NCBI GenBank assembly: GCA_051294375.1
Contig: CM119266.1
Coordinates: forward strand, 17,726,087 to 17,790,086
DNA: 64,000 nt
Source of the DNA: Paraspadella gotoi
Lineage: Eukaryota > Animalia > Chaetognatha
Direction of reading: 5' to 3'
Numbering within the stretch: the first letter of the stretch is position 1; the number at the start of each line of letters is the position of its first letter. Made by a program: the position numbers and the translations under genes. The notes beneath the pieces are model-generated. The model searched no databases and was not told the DNA's origin. It was given only the letters and a program-made list of their open reading frames with translations. This document shows, one piece after another, positions 11,394 to 23,040 of this stretch.

Positions 11394-14300
11394 ATGCAAT
11401 CTGCAAAGACTCCGTTGCTCGAGGAAGATGAAGACCGTCGCCGTTTCTTCAGGGCCGCGACCCAAGACGGCATCACGGACAATGAAGAGCGGCGCCTCGA
11501 TAACGATCCGGCGTCGCGAAAAAAAACAATGACGACGACGATTAACAACCAGACTTCGTCTCTTCTTTCTCCTTCCATCGACGACGACGAAAACGACGAC
11601 GATCCTCTTCTCATTTGCGTCGACGCCACGACGACGCCGGGCACCGGCGCTACCGCGCCCTCTAGTCCTATGAGCGAATCGTGCGGGTCTTCAGTCGTCG
11701 GCGGGAGCGCCGCTGGGAGCGCCTTGACAACGCCCATGGAGATCAGCAGGTGCTTAGCTTGGGACCGTGATGTGTAAGGATCTATTGAGCTATTGATATC
11801 TGGAAAGTATTTCTTTTTCGCTTTCTTTTTCTTGCATCTTATCTCATTTTTTCATCGACGCAATCGCTTTGCGTTTGCGACGATTTTGTGGTGGTTTTGC
11901 ACATAAGTGGCGTAGTCGTCGTCGTCGGCGTTCCAAATTATAAATCGCCTTTTTGATGATTAAATTTGTGTGTATGAAGCTTAAAATTTATATACAGCTT
12001 CTCATCATCGAGGTCCTTGAAATTGAGTGAGGGCAGTTATTAAATATGTTTTGTTTACGTTTTATCAAAACAAACAAATTTCCTCTATTATTTTTATGTC
12101 TCTTTTTCTTTCTCTTTTCTCTTTTAATAATATGTAGCTCGCTCTCTCTCTCTTTTCCCCAGGCTTTTTTTTTTTTTTTTTTTTTTTTCTGAAAAGAAAA
12201 CAGAGCAAACAAATAATTGCAGGAATGGTTGCAAAAAATAACTTATGTCAACAATAAACGAGAACAAATAAGGGGAAGATAAAAAAGAATGAAAAAGAAG
12301 AAGAGATCGGGAGACAAAGTCAAGCAACTCCGTCCACATGAGACGGCAACTCAATCACGGGACTTCGGGAAGCGAGCAGGTCCCCGTTCTCGCGCTGAAG
12401 GCAGACAGAAAGTCTCTCAAAAAAGTGCTTAGACGTTTTGCCGATATCTAAGCCTGCATTCGTTGCTTGGAGTTTGGCGAAATCTTTTAAGTTTGAGAAA
12501 GCATCCAGGTCCCATGCCCCGAAGGTAGTAACAACCAGAGGGATGAAGCCAACGTCGGCCGGCAGTTTGCCTTCGTACTTAGCATGTTTGGCCTGGCGAG
12601 CTCGTTCCAGGGCATAGGTGGGGTTGAGGATGGTATGACCAAAACAGTCCTGGCGAAGGGGAGAGGTGACAGTAACATCAAAGGCTGATTCTTCGGGGAA
12701 AAAAACGAGTCTGCAGCTGGCTCTGCAGGGGCTTTTTCTTTTTCTCTCTTTTCTCCTGCTGCTTCTGCTGCTGCCTTTTGATTTCCTTTTTTCTGGCTGC
12801 CTCTGCTGCTGCCGGTGCTGATTCGTCCAAAAACGATTTGGCTTCTTTCTCTCTCTCTCTTTCTCTCTCTTTCTTTCTCTTTCGCTCTCTCTCTCTTTGC
12901 GTTTTTATTAAAAAAAAAATTGAATTAGAATTAAACTCGTAAAATTAGGCATCGCATTCGTGCATATTATCATTTTGCTATCGCACATTCGGGTTTTTAT
13001 TTCGTTCTTTCTTCTCGTTATGATGAGCGGGGTTTTCCGTCTCTTGCTCACCCTTCTGAGAGTATCTATAACGCATGTAGGATCGAGTCTTTAAGGATCA
13101 AATCTAGAGATAAGCAGAAACAAGCATCGATGATGAATCAATAAATAAATAAATAAATAAAGATTACGACGAGAGTTTGTCCAACAGTTACTCTCTCCTT
13201 TTTTTTTCTTTTTTTCTTTCCTTTCTATTCTTTCTTTTCTTTTTATTCTTTCTTTCTTTTTATTCTTTCTTTTCTTTCTATTCTTTCTTTCCTTTCTATT
13301 CTTTCTTTCCTTTCTTTCCTTTTATTTTTTCTTTCCTTTTTATTCTTTCTTTCCTTTCTATTCTTTCTTTCCTTTCTATTCTTTCTTTCCTTTCTATTCT
13401 TTCTTTCATTCTTTCCTTTCTATTCTTTCTTTCCTTTCTATTCTTTCTTTCTTTTTTATTCTTTCTTCTTTTTTATTCTTTCTTTCCTTTCTATTCTTTC
13501 TTTCCTTCCTTTCTATTCTTTCTTTCCTTTCTATTCTTCTTTTCTTTCTTTATATTTATTCTTTTCTTCTTTTCTTTCTATTCTTTCTTTATATTTATTC
13601 TTTTCTTCTTTTTTTCTGTTTATAAATTAATTTTATTTTCTCAAATTTGTTTTTTTTTAGTATCAAAATTTGTCGTCAATCCAGATTTTTCTTATGCGAT
13701 TGCGACGATCCTTATGCTTTTAAGATTTTTTATATATATAATTTAAAGTGAATTTCGTTTTACTCGCGTAATAATGTTATGGGAATGTTTTGCTTTTATC
13801 GCTTGTCTGTTCAAAATGCAAATTGGAGTCATGTTTTGATATAAATTGAATTTGTTTCGGTAAGGCGGGAAGAGTACGTTTTTATATATGTATGTTTTTA
13901 TGTATGTGAGTCGAAACATGTCCGTTTCACTATGAAATAAAAATCGTTGTTAAATTTCTCTTCAAACTTTGTTCTATGTAAAAACCGAAAAAGAAGAGTG
14001 TAAGTATGTGAGCGATCATTGTAGATCATTGTAAATTATGAGATAAGAGGTTACTAAATTCAACCTTTTTCCCTCCCTCCATCCTATCATCTTTTCCTCA
14101 CGAATCTCAGAGAATTTCCGGATCCCATTGAAGCGGAGGAAATCTCCTTTAAATTTGATTGTAATTTTCAACCACCGCCCGCGCTACAACAACATCACAA
14201 TCTTTCTTCTAACGATCGTCGACGAGGAGTTCCGAGCTCCAGAGATCCCGCCGACGTCCTGCGACTCAAAAACGAGCGAAACTTGAACGAATCTCCAACT

Positions 14301-17234
14301 TCGTCCGTAACCGAAGTCAAAGAAAACGTCGCTTCCGGTGTCAAGCCTACAGCGGCGACTGCAGCTGCAGCGGCGCCCGCTAGAGACAATGGCGATCTCA
14401 GTCGTCGATCCTCTTCCTCCCCCGCGACTCGCGATTCCCCTTACCTTTCGATGCTAAGGTAGGTTCTTATTTACACGATGATAATTGGGGCAGGATTGGT
14501 TAAGTTAATGTTTAAAATGAGGGCGAGGGTAAGGTCACGTCAAGACCTTCGAATCTAGTCAGAGACTTTTTTGGTGGTACACTTAGTCCTCAGCCTCGTT
14601 TCAATGGCTGAGTGGGTTCAATCAACTCGTCTCAACCGTGCGTCCCGGTTTCAATCCCTTTGCATACTTGGTGTTATTTCGAGTTTCAAAGGTTCTACAT
14701 GACGATTCCCCCCTTCATTTGTAGACGGAAGATTTAATTATTTCTCTGGGGAAAAAAGATTTTCGGGTTTTTTAACGAGTTGAAAGTCGGCGAAGAAGAC
14801 GAAGACTCGAACAGCCGCTTCCTGTTTTTAATTCTCGGTTTTGAAAAAGAAAAAAAACCGTCGTCATAAGACAAAAGTCAAATATTTTCATTTTTTTCTT
14901 TCTTTTTTTTAAACGTTTATAAGAAAAAAGTTATATCGAGTTCATTCTCAAGTTTTGTTTTGTTTAAATTTTCTTCTTTTTGCCAAGTCGTTATTTTTTA
15001 ATAACGATCTTCACATTTGGTTTATCAGTCAAATCTTTCAGAACTCAAGCTTTCTGATAAGCGATTGATCTCCGATCTGAAGTCATTAACAAAAAAAAAA
15101 ACTTTTCACGGCTGCATGTTCGTCGTTTTCCATTTCAAACATATACGCACATTATAGAAGTTCTCTCGCTCTCCATCTTTCGCTCTCCATCTTTCGCTCT
15201 CACTCTCTATCCCTCTCTCTATCTCGCTCTCCCAGACGACCGACTGAAACGGCAACGATGAAACAGAGTCAGAGTCAAATGGACTGGAAATTGATGGAGC
15301 AACAATTACGAAAGGCGGAGGAAGAGGAGGAGAAGAGGAGGAGCACTGGACGAAGCGATCGAGAAGCAATCAGAAAAAAACTGGCGATGGAGGATGGAGA
15401 ACCTGATGGTGAGTTTGACTGGAAGATTACTGATTATTAGGGAAAGAAGATAATTGGAGTGAATGATAAAATGACATTGCTGGGGCGAGATATCCTATGT
15501 AAAGGCAGTGTAATCTTGATGCTGCAAGGTCAGCACTGTTAAATACTGTAGCAGAGAAACTTATGGTTCATTTCAAACGAGATTGAGTTCCTTACTCTCA
15601 TCTGCATTTCGAAGCATTTTAGGTTATTTGTAATCGGGCATTTCATAAGTTCACCCCGCCTATAAGCATGACACCTTCAGTCGTGACCCGGTGGCTCATT
15701 GAGTATTGAGTAATACCATCAGCTCATGACATCAGGTACCGGAATCGATCCCCAATGGTACCTACCTACCCTGCGGCCCTCAAACAGCCTTGGGGGCATG
15801 CAAAACCCTCAAGCCTGATTCCAAGCCCAGGAAATGTTCCATTACTGCTGAGGGGAACAAAAGCTACGGATAGTAGACTTCAGCCCACTTAGCGCCTTAT
15901 CCACATATTTCTCATAACTGTATTATTTTAGGTATTGATACTTTATTATGTGTATGTTTAATTGTACTAGTTTTTTTCCCCTTTTTTTCCCTTACTTCCG
16001 TATCCAGACTTTTACAGCGGCCTCTTCCGCCTCCCTTCGTACGCCGGCGGTTTGAGGCGTAGTTCCTCCACCTCCGCCGCCCCGAATCTCAGTCTCCAAA
16101 TATGTTACATCAACGACGCTCATCTCGACGATGACGACGACGAAGAAGAGGAAGTAGGCAAGGTCTCGTCGTCGTCGTCGACTCGCGCCGGAAGTAGCGC
16201 ATGTGGAGAAACGAGCGCCCTCCTCAACGGTGCCGCCCCCGCCGCCATAAAAAAACCCGAGGCGCGTGCGGCGGCCGTTGCGCGGTTCGTCCAAGTCTGT
16301 CGCGCCGCCGGCGACGCCGCTGTCGGCGCCGTCGATGCAGCCGGCGTCGAGGAAGAGGCGGTGAATCTGCTGAACGGCGCTGGAGGCGGCGCCGAAAACG
16401 AAGGCGTAGATGACGACGACTTCTTTGCCGTCGAAGCCAAATTGCAGGCGGAAGCGAAGATGGCGTTGGCGCAGACGCAACCAATGGCCAAGATGCAAAT
16501 GGAATTGGAAAGGATGAACAGACGCAAGTCTGCCATTGCTGACATTGTGGGATTGCAAGGTTGGGCTTTTTGAAGTAGGAGGGGGGTCGGAGCCGGAGAA
16601 TAGGAGGCGATTGGGATTGTGGAGGTTGAGTGGGGAGATTTGGAGGACAACGGGATTTTGCGGTTGAGAGTTTGACTAAAGGGGCGGCCTGTGTTTCTTT
16701 AATCTAAACCGACGGAAGAAAGTTAACCATTTCCTTTGTTTATTTTATAGCGGTTTTTGAATTTCTATGCGGGCAGCAGTGTGAAATTCATCAAGTTAAA
16801 ATAAATTAATAAATATTAATTAACTATTTTATAATTAAAATTTACTATCTTCTTCCCTCAGGTGGATATTTGGACGAGAAAAAACTGAACATTAAAACTT
16901 TGTTTCGCTTGAATCTCGCGCAACTTCAAGTGATTTTCAACGACTTGAGGACGCAAATCGAGAATCACAATGATTTGCTCTTGAAATATTTGGAGGAGAG
17001 GGACGACCTTCACATGGAACAGGTTAGTGAAAGAAGAAGAGAAAACAATCAATCAATCAATCCAATGAAAATATATCTCTTCCTCAGGACGCAAAGCTTC
17101 TGGACATAGAGGATTTAACACGACGGTTTCGCGAAATTGCTGCTCGGTCGCCCAAAGCTCCGCCCAAGACGGTCGCCTCTCAAGGGATCAAGTCGACGCC
17201 CCAAACGAACAAGAAAAAATCCAAAATCTTTTAA
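11394..17234 (+). CDS. SCHIP1: Schwannomin-interacting protein 1 homologue (6 exons; start uncertain)
   Basis: Exons 11394?-11749, 14111-14458, 15236-15408, 16008-16559, 16862-17022, 17088-17234 join in frame. Motifs DREAIRKKLAM, NLSLQICYIND, KLQAEAKMALAQ..PMAKMQ.E.E..NRRKS and LQVI.NDL..QIE..N..L...L.ERDDLHMEQDA.L.DIEDLTR. Confidence 0.88.
12165..12694 (-). mobile_element. 5'-truncated CRE-clade (RLE) non-LTR retrotransposon with poly(A) tail
   Basis: Minus frame 12694-12320 reads AFDVTVTSP...AKHAKYEG....FIPLVVTTFGAW...FFERLSVCLQRENG..., the C-terminal restriction-like endonuclease region of CRE-type elements. A short 3'UTR and an A-tail follow (T-run 12165-12188). The segment is absent from the sister copy at 20520. 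Confidence 0.75.
13195..13616. repeat. Pyrimidine-rich (TTCT/CTTT)n simple repeat
   Basis: Directly visible. Explains the spurious F/S/L-rich ORF 13177-13746. Confidence 0.95.
14592..14662 (+). mobile_element. Degenerate tRNA-like SINE head
   Basis: A-box-like tggctgagtgg and B-box-like ggtttcaatccc at tRNA-like spacing. No intact cloverleaf. Confidence 0.35.
15686..15900 (+). mobile_element. tRNA-derived SINE-like element
   Basis: gtggctca...ggaatcgatccc head. Shares aagcctgat.cc.aagc.cagg with the element at about 63583-63605. Confidence 0.4.
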
Positions 17235-17349
17235 CTCATTTAAACTTCTTTTTTTGATTTTTACTGAACAGAGAATTATTAACGGATTTATTGTCCTTAA
17301 GCCACAAAAAAATTCGCTTCCTATCACGTCTTTCTTCTCGTTCCTTCTT

Positions 17350-17382
17350 TTCTCTCTCTCTCTCTCTCTCTTACTCTCCTCA

Positions 17383-17428
<46 letters not shown>
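17350..17428. repeat. (CT)n microsatellite in the SCHIP1 3' region
   Basis: Directly visible. Confidence 0.95.
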
Positions 17429-17429
<1 letters not shown>

Positions 17430-19111
17430 AAATTACGACTGACTTCTTGCCGCGTTGATCCTCAAAGAAAGGCTGTTCATCTTGCCAAGTTATTTTTTTC
17501 CCCATTTGACTTGAAAGAAACACCAACATTATTTTTGCGTAGATTTTAAATAAACATTCCGTTTGGTGTTTTATTTTGAGGTTTTTCTCCTGTCTAATTA
17601 AAGACGCGTATTTTGAAATTCATTCATTCTTACGTAAATTCAACTCATTCGTCATCCTTTCATTCTGTCGTTCTTTAATTCCCTCCTCCCTTTACGGTTT
17701 ATTTCGCACCTTATTTTCCTAAAATTTCCAAATTCCACCAAAGTCAGAGCTGCGTTTGTTTTATACTTTTAGTAGATAAATTTTCTACTCGACAGTCATC
17801 ATTTTCATTCTGTGTCATCATTTTCCGTCATCATTTTCATTCCCAATCAACATTTTAATTCGTCGTCATCCCTAATCGAGATCAAAATGTTTGTTTATTT
17901 ATTTTCTTACGTCAACCAAAGTTCGCGTCCGGCGGAGTTTTTTTTTTTTTTTTTTTTTTTTTTACACCAAACTTGAAAATCTAGTCTTCAATGGTTGTTT
18001 TTGTCGTGATCGATTCGTATTAAAGAAAATAGACGCGAACGTTTGAAAAGGTCTTTGTCTCGCCTCTTCCGGATCTTAGGATCCGTCTGTTTGTCGATCC
18101 GTCGATACATTATAAGTCTCGGTGCTCTCCGTTATCATCTCCCGCGGTTTTCATTTTCATATTGCATGTAGTATCGATGATGACCAAAGATTAATTAATT
18201 TATAAAAGAAGTAAAACAACTCGTGATTGCTGATTGATTTTTTTCTCATTACAAAAGTCATTAATTGATATAGATTTGATAAATTAATAAATTCCATTGT
18301 CCGCTTTTCATCTCCGACGGTTTCTCGATTTCGCCTTTTTTTCATTTTTAATAAGCATTAATTTATCTATAATTCGCTTATGATTGTTTAAATGTTATAT
18401 CGTGCATAAGATGTACACGTAGGTGGAAAGTCATCCTCGGTTGTATATCAAAGTAACACGACAGCCAAAGATTACTAACAGTATTTAGAAATTTAAAAAA
18501 AATTGAGCATTTTAAAACACTTTTAGCCCCTCGTGTTCGCCACATTACAAAAAAAAAATATAAACCAACCTAATTTAACGAAATTACTAAAAAAAAATAA
18601 ATATTGCTCAATCGGTGTGAGCGTGGACACATAGCGTTTTTTCTCAGACAATAGACATACTTCATGAAAAAAAGTAATTCCTTCATTTTGGTTTTGATCA
18701 CACGAATTTTGCCGTGTCTTCTTTATAACGGGTCACGTCTCCTTCGGGGAAACAAAATCCATTTTATTTCGGGAGGGAGATTTTTTTTCGCACCAAGTTT
18801 TTATTTTTCGCTGCCGTGAGATTCACTGGTAAATTTAACGAAATTCACTCCTCCACCCGAAAAAATAAGAATCCAGTTCTAATACAGAAATTCTAGATAA
18901 TTATTTTCTTCGCAATGTTTGTTTTTCTTTTTTTTTTTTTTTTTTTTAATTTTAAATTTATCCGCTTTTTCGGTAATTAATTAATCTATTGCAGGCGATG
19001 ATTGTGTAAAAGTCGTGTCTGTGAATAAGTCGAGATTTGTTAAAGAACGCGAAATGCAGGGCAAGTGACATCACAAAATAAACGAAATAATAAAAAAAAA
19101 ATAAACTCAAA

Positions 19112-22100
19112 ATGTGGGCCATTTTTATCTTTCTTCTCTCCGCCGTCGTCGCCTCTGCCCAAAAGTGGAGCTTCAGCGGCAGCGTCGGATTCGACGACGG
19201 CGTTAGGGGCAGCTGCGTGATGACGGAGGGAGACAGCAGCGGCCCCGAGCTGAAGCGTTCGGCGAGGCTCCGTGTCGGCGCCTTCAACGTCAAACATTTC
19301 GGTCGCGCCAAAATGGCCAAGGGTCCGGATGTTGTTGGCGTTTTAACGCGAATTGTCCTTCGTTACGATCTCCTACTTATTCAAGAATTGCTCGATTCTT
19401 CATATCCGGGGCAGCGGGCCATCGACGCGCTGCTCTGCAGCGTCAACGCCGCTTGTGAGTCGCTGAAGGGTAGGGTGGGGATCTGGGAGGAGGGTAAGAA
19501 AGTAAAGAAAAGTGAGTTTGAAGGGGACAGGTAATGTGGGGGGGATGAACCGTCGATGGGAGGGAGAGGAGAGGTCCTAAAAATGGAAAAATATTATTTT
19601 GAAATTGATATTTTGGCGGCGTGAGGAGATAGGTTTAAACTAAGATACATACATATATTACCATGTTCATTGTTCGAGGAGTTTAACGTTAACAGTAATA
19701 AACGATTATTATAATGGTAAAGGAGAAAATATTGAAGATTTAGTGTTGTGTTCAACGTCGTGAGCTGTTAATGTTGGACATAAACGGAAAACCCCGCTCA
19801 TCATTAAGACTGAAAGTCGGCCAAAGTGTCTTCATCGCTTTTCCGAGGTCAGTGCCGAAACAACATGAACTACGGGACCTAAAACGTCCTCCTATGTCAA
19901 CGGGGAGACATGAGTGATGCCCGGGGCGTGAGGCATCTCCCGACAGTTGGCGTTTTTCTGTTTTCTTGGTATTCAGCTGGACTGATTAAAATAGTACTTG
20001 AGATATCTAAAGTGAGGAGGTGAAGAAGAGTGAATCGACGAGGGGAGAAAGAAAGCTTAATTGGCGCACAAGTGGGACTGTAATATTGTAAGCTTCACAG
20101 CTTGACCAGAAATCGAACTTTCGAAACTTCCTTCTCCACATTGACTTCTTTATACTCCTTTCACTCCATTTTCTTCACTCGTTTTTCCGTCTCGCTGCCC
20201 CACACCCCTTATTCCCAGCCAACGCCCCCTATTCCGTTATCGTAAGCGACCGCGTGGGCCGCCTCACCTCGCCCACCTCTAAAGGCTCCGCCCACCGCGA
20301 ACAATACGCCTTCGTCTATCGCAGCGATCGATTCCGCGTTCGACGATCCTTTCACTACGACGACGGAGACGAGTCCGCTTTCGAGGACGAGTTCATGCGC
20401 GAACCTTTCGTGGTGCATTTTCAGTTGGATTCGGCGAAGTTGACGGTGAGAAAGATTGAAAGAGGAGTTGGGGTTGGCAAGGTTTTGGTGCATGATTGAG
20501 TATAATTTAAGGGTTCTTTGTTTCTTTTTCTAAGCGTTTGTGACGATATTGTAACGCTTTTGCGCATAAGTGGCGTCGTCGTCGTTGTTGTTGTCGGCGT
20601 TCCAAATTATAGATCGCTTTTTTATGATTAAATTTGGGTGTATGAAGCTGAAAATTTATATACAGCTTCTCATCATCGATGTGCTTAAAATTGAGTCAGG
20701 ACAGTTATTAAATATGTTTTGTTTACGTTTTATCAAAACAAACAAATTTTCTCTCTTTTCTTTTTTAATTACATGTCTCTCTCCCTTTCTCTTTTCCCTA
20801 GTCACTGATTCATAATCATAGCGAAAAAAAACGAGCCTGCAGCTGGCTCTGCAGGGACTTATTCTTTTTCTCTCTTTTCTCCTGCTGCTTCTGCTGCTGC
20901 CTTTTTATTATTTTTTTTATTGACAATCGCAAAATAGAATTTTTCTTTGTTTATAATTTAATTTTCTTTTCTCAAATTTTATTTTTTTTAGTATAAAAAT
21001 TTGTCGTCAATCCAGATTTTTCTTATGCGATTGCGACGATCCTTATGCTTTTAAGATTTTTTTTTTTAGTGTCTTTAGTCGTTTTTAGTCTTAGGCCGTA
21101 ATTAATTGTTCAGTATACTGGGTCTTCTTAAAAACTGGCGATAATGAGATCTTTTGTCTCTTACCCTTTTCTTCTCTTACCCTGTTACTCTCTCTCCCAC
21201 TCTCTTCTTCCATTTCTTACCCTCTTTTACCCTTTCTCTCTCTCCCGAAAGGACTTGATCGCCGTCGGTCTCCACACTCGCCCGGCTAACACTCCGGCCG
21301 AACTCCGCGCACTTTCTACCGTCCACGCCAATCTCCTCCTCACTTTCCCTCGAGTCCAGGATATCGTCATCATGGGCGATCTTAACGCCGACTGTGACTA
21401 CGCTTCGACCCAATTGTTGGAGGAGGTGAGTTTGCTATGATTGGAGGATGTTGAGATGGTCTCGAGACCATCATTTCCACACCTTTCCACAAAGTGAAGG
21501 AAAGAAAAAGTAAAAGTAGAACAATGTCGAGAAAGTAAAAAAATTAAAAGAAATTAAAAAATCTTATAAAACTAACTGTCCTTGTCAATAAACTAGACAG
21601 AAAGTCATGATTTAAAGCTTGTAGGCTTGTAGGGTCTTAAATTGAATATTAAATGTTAAATTGAATGTCAAACTTTATTAATTTTTATTATTCCGGTCTG
21701 ATATGATACGGATTATTTAGGATTATAAGGATGAAGGCGAAGGTGATCGTCATCATTTCCGATATGTTATCATATCTCGGTATGGCTCGTAAAGATCCGA
21801 TTCGAGATTTCGGACCTTCCCGAAGCCTATCTTTAATCTATATTCAATTTAAAGTAAAATCTAATTAATTGAAGCACCACAATATGCTTTTTGGTCAACA
21901 GTTGCGCCGGGACGTGGTGCCTGGATATGTTTGGCTGATCGACGACGACGCGGACACTACGGTCAAGGATTCTACCGACTGCGCCTACGATCGCATCCTC
22001 GTCACTGGGCCACGCCTATTGGATGCCGCCCCGAGGATGGGAAGCGTCTTTAGGTGGGATGATGTGAGATGAAATAAAAAGTCTCTCACTCTCGAGAAAA

Positions 22101-22232
22101 TACGAACTAACCCATCGTCGACTCCGATCCCCTCTCAGGTTCGACCAGGAAGACGACTTTCCTCAAAACCTTGACGCCTTTAAGGATATCAGCGATCACT
22201 ATCCCGTCGAGATGTCGCTTAACGTTGGATGA
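19112..22232 (+). CDS. Secreted deoxyribonuclease I family protein (5 exons)
   Basis: Exons 19112-19454, 20219-20445, 21252-21425, 21902-22053, 22139-22232. Signal peptide, then RVGAFNVKHFG, RYDLLLIQE, EQYAFVYR, F.REPF, LHTRP, MGDLNADCDY, CAYDRI and ISDHYPVE, with both catalytic His present. Confidence 0.93.
20520..21066. mobile_element. Short (internally deleted) copy of the element at 11830-13735
   Basis: Three colinear blocks of high identity to the SCHIP1-intron copy. Confidence 0.8.
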
Positions 22233-23040
22233 ATGTTAAATCAATAGATTGATTGATTGGTCGTTTTGGGTCGAAAAAAAAGCTTATTTCACTTCTTTGA
22301 TCTTCACTTTTTCTACGGTGTTGGCGATCCTCATAAAATAACCTCCAACAACGGGTTTTTTAACGAAGTATATTTGAATTGTATGTTTTTAGGAAATTTG
22401 GCAAATCCCAGCAGAATTTTTTTTGTTGATGTCCGATTTTTCATTTCATTGGGATATGAAGACTAAAAATTATTATTACCGATGATGATTATGATAATTT
22501 TCAAATTAAAAAAAAACTATTTGACGGCATTTCATTTTTAAAAAAAAAAATTGAACTAAAAGAGAATGTCAAAGAATAGATAGCATTAAAGATCATTTGA
22601 GACCAATATATATGCTTATGAAAATCCAAATTTTCTAGCCTTGTCCCATGTTCAATATTCTTTCGTGGATTTATTATTGAAGTTTTATTATTGGCACTTC
22701 ATAAAGTTATTGTTCTACGTATCTGTGGTGTTAGTTCATCTTTGCATAAAATCTTCAATTATCTCGTCGTTCTTAGTTTAAAATGGGCCATTATTTTATA
22801 TCAACCACTGGCCTTCACTTTTACGGGAATTATACACTCATATATTTTTTTACACTTTTTACGAGTTGAACAATTACGTTCATGGAGACATTTTGTTGTT
22901 ATTAATTCCTTGAACATGTTTATAGAGAAATTTTGATTATGATTATTTGAAACTTTATTTTCACAGATGCTGATATAAACACAAGTCTTATTTATAAACC
23001 CGCCCCTTCTCCACAAAACCACGCGGCCGCGGAATCCTCA

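Larger units (their letters stand above)
11830..13735. mobile_element. Non-autonomous repeat element, long copy, interrupted by a CRE fragment and a (CTTT)n tract
   Basis: Blocks at about 11870-12090, 12698-12785 and 13620-13730 match 20535-20755, 20823-20905 and 20950-21062. Subterminal near-inverted repeat cgacgcaatcgc / gcgattgcgacg. Confidence 0.75.

Noticed and set aside
13177-13746. 189-aa F/S/L-rich ORF resembling a membrane protein
   Set aside because: Translation of a (CTTT)n simple repeat.
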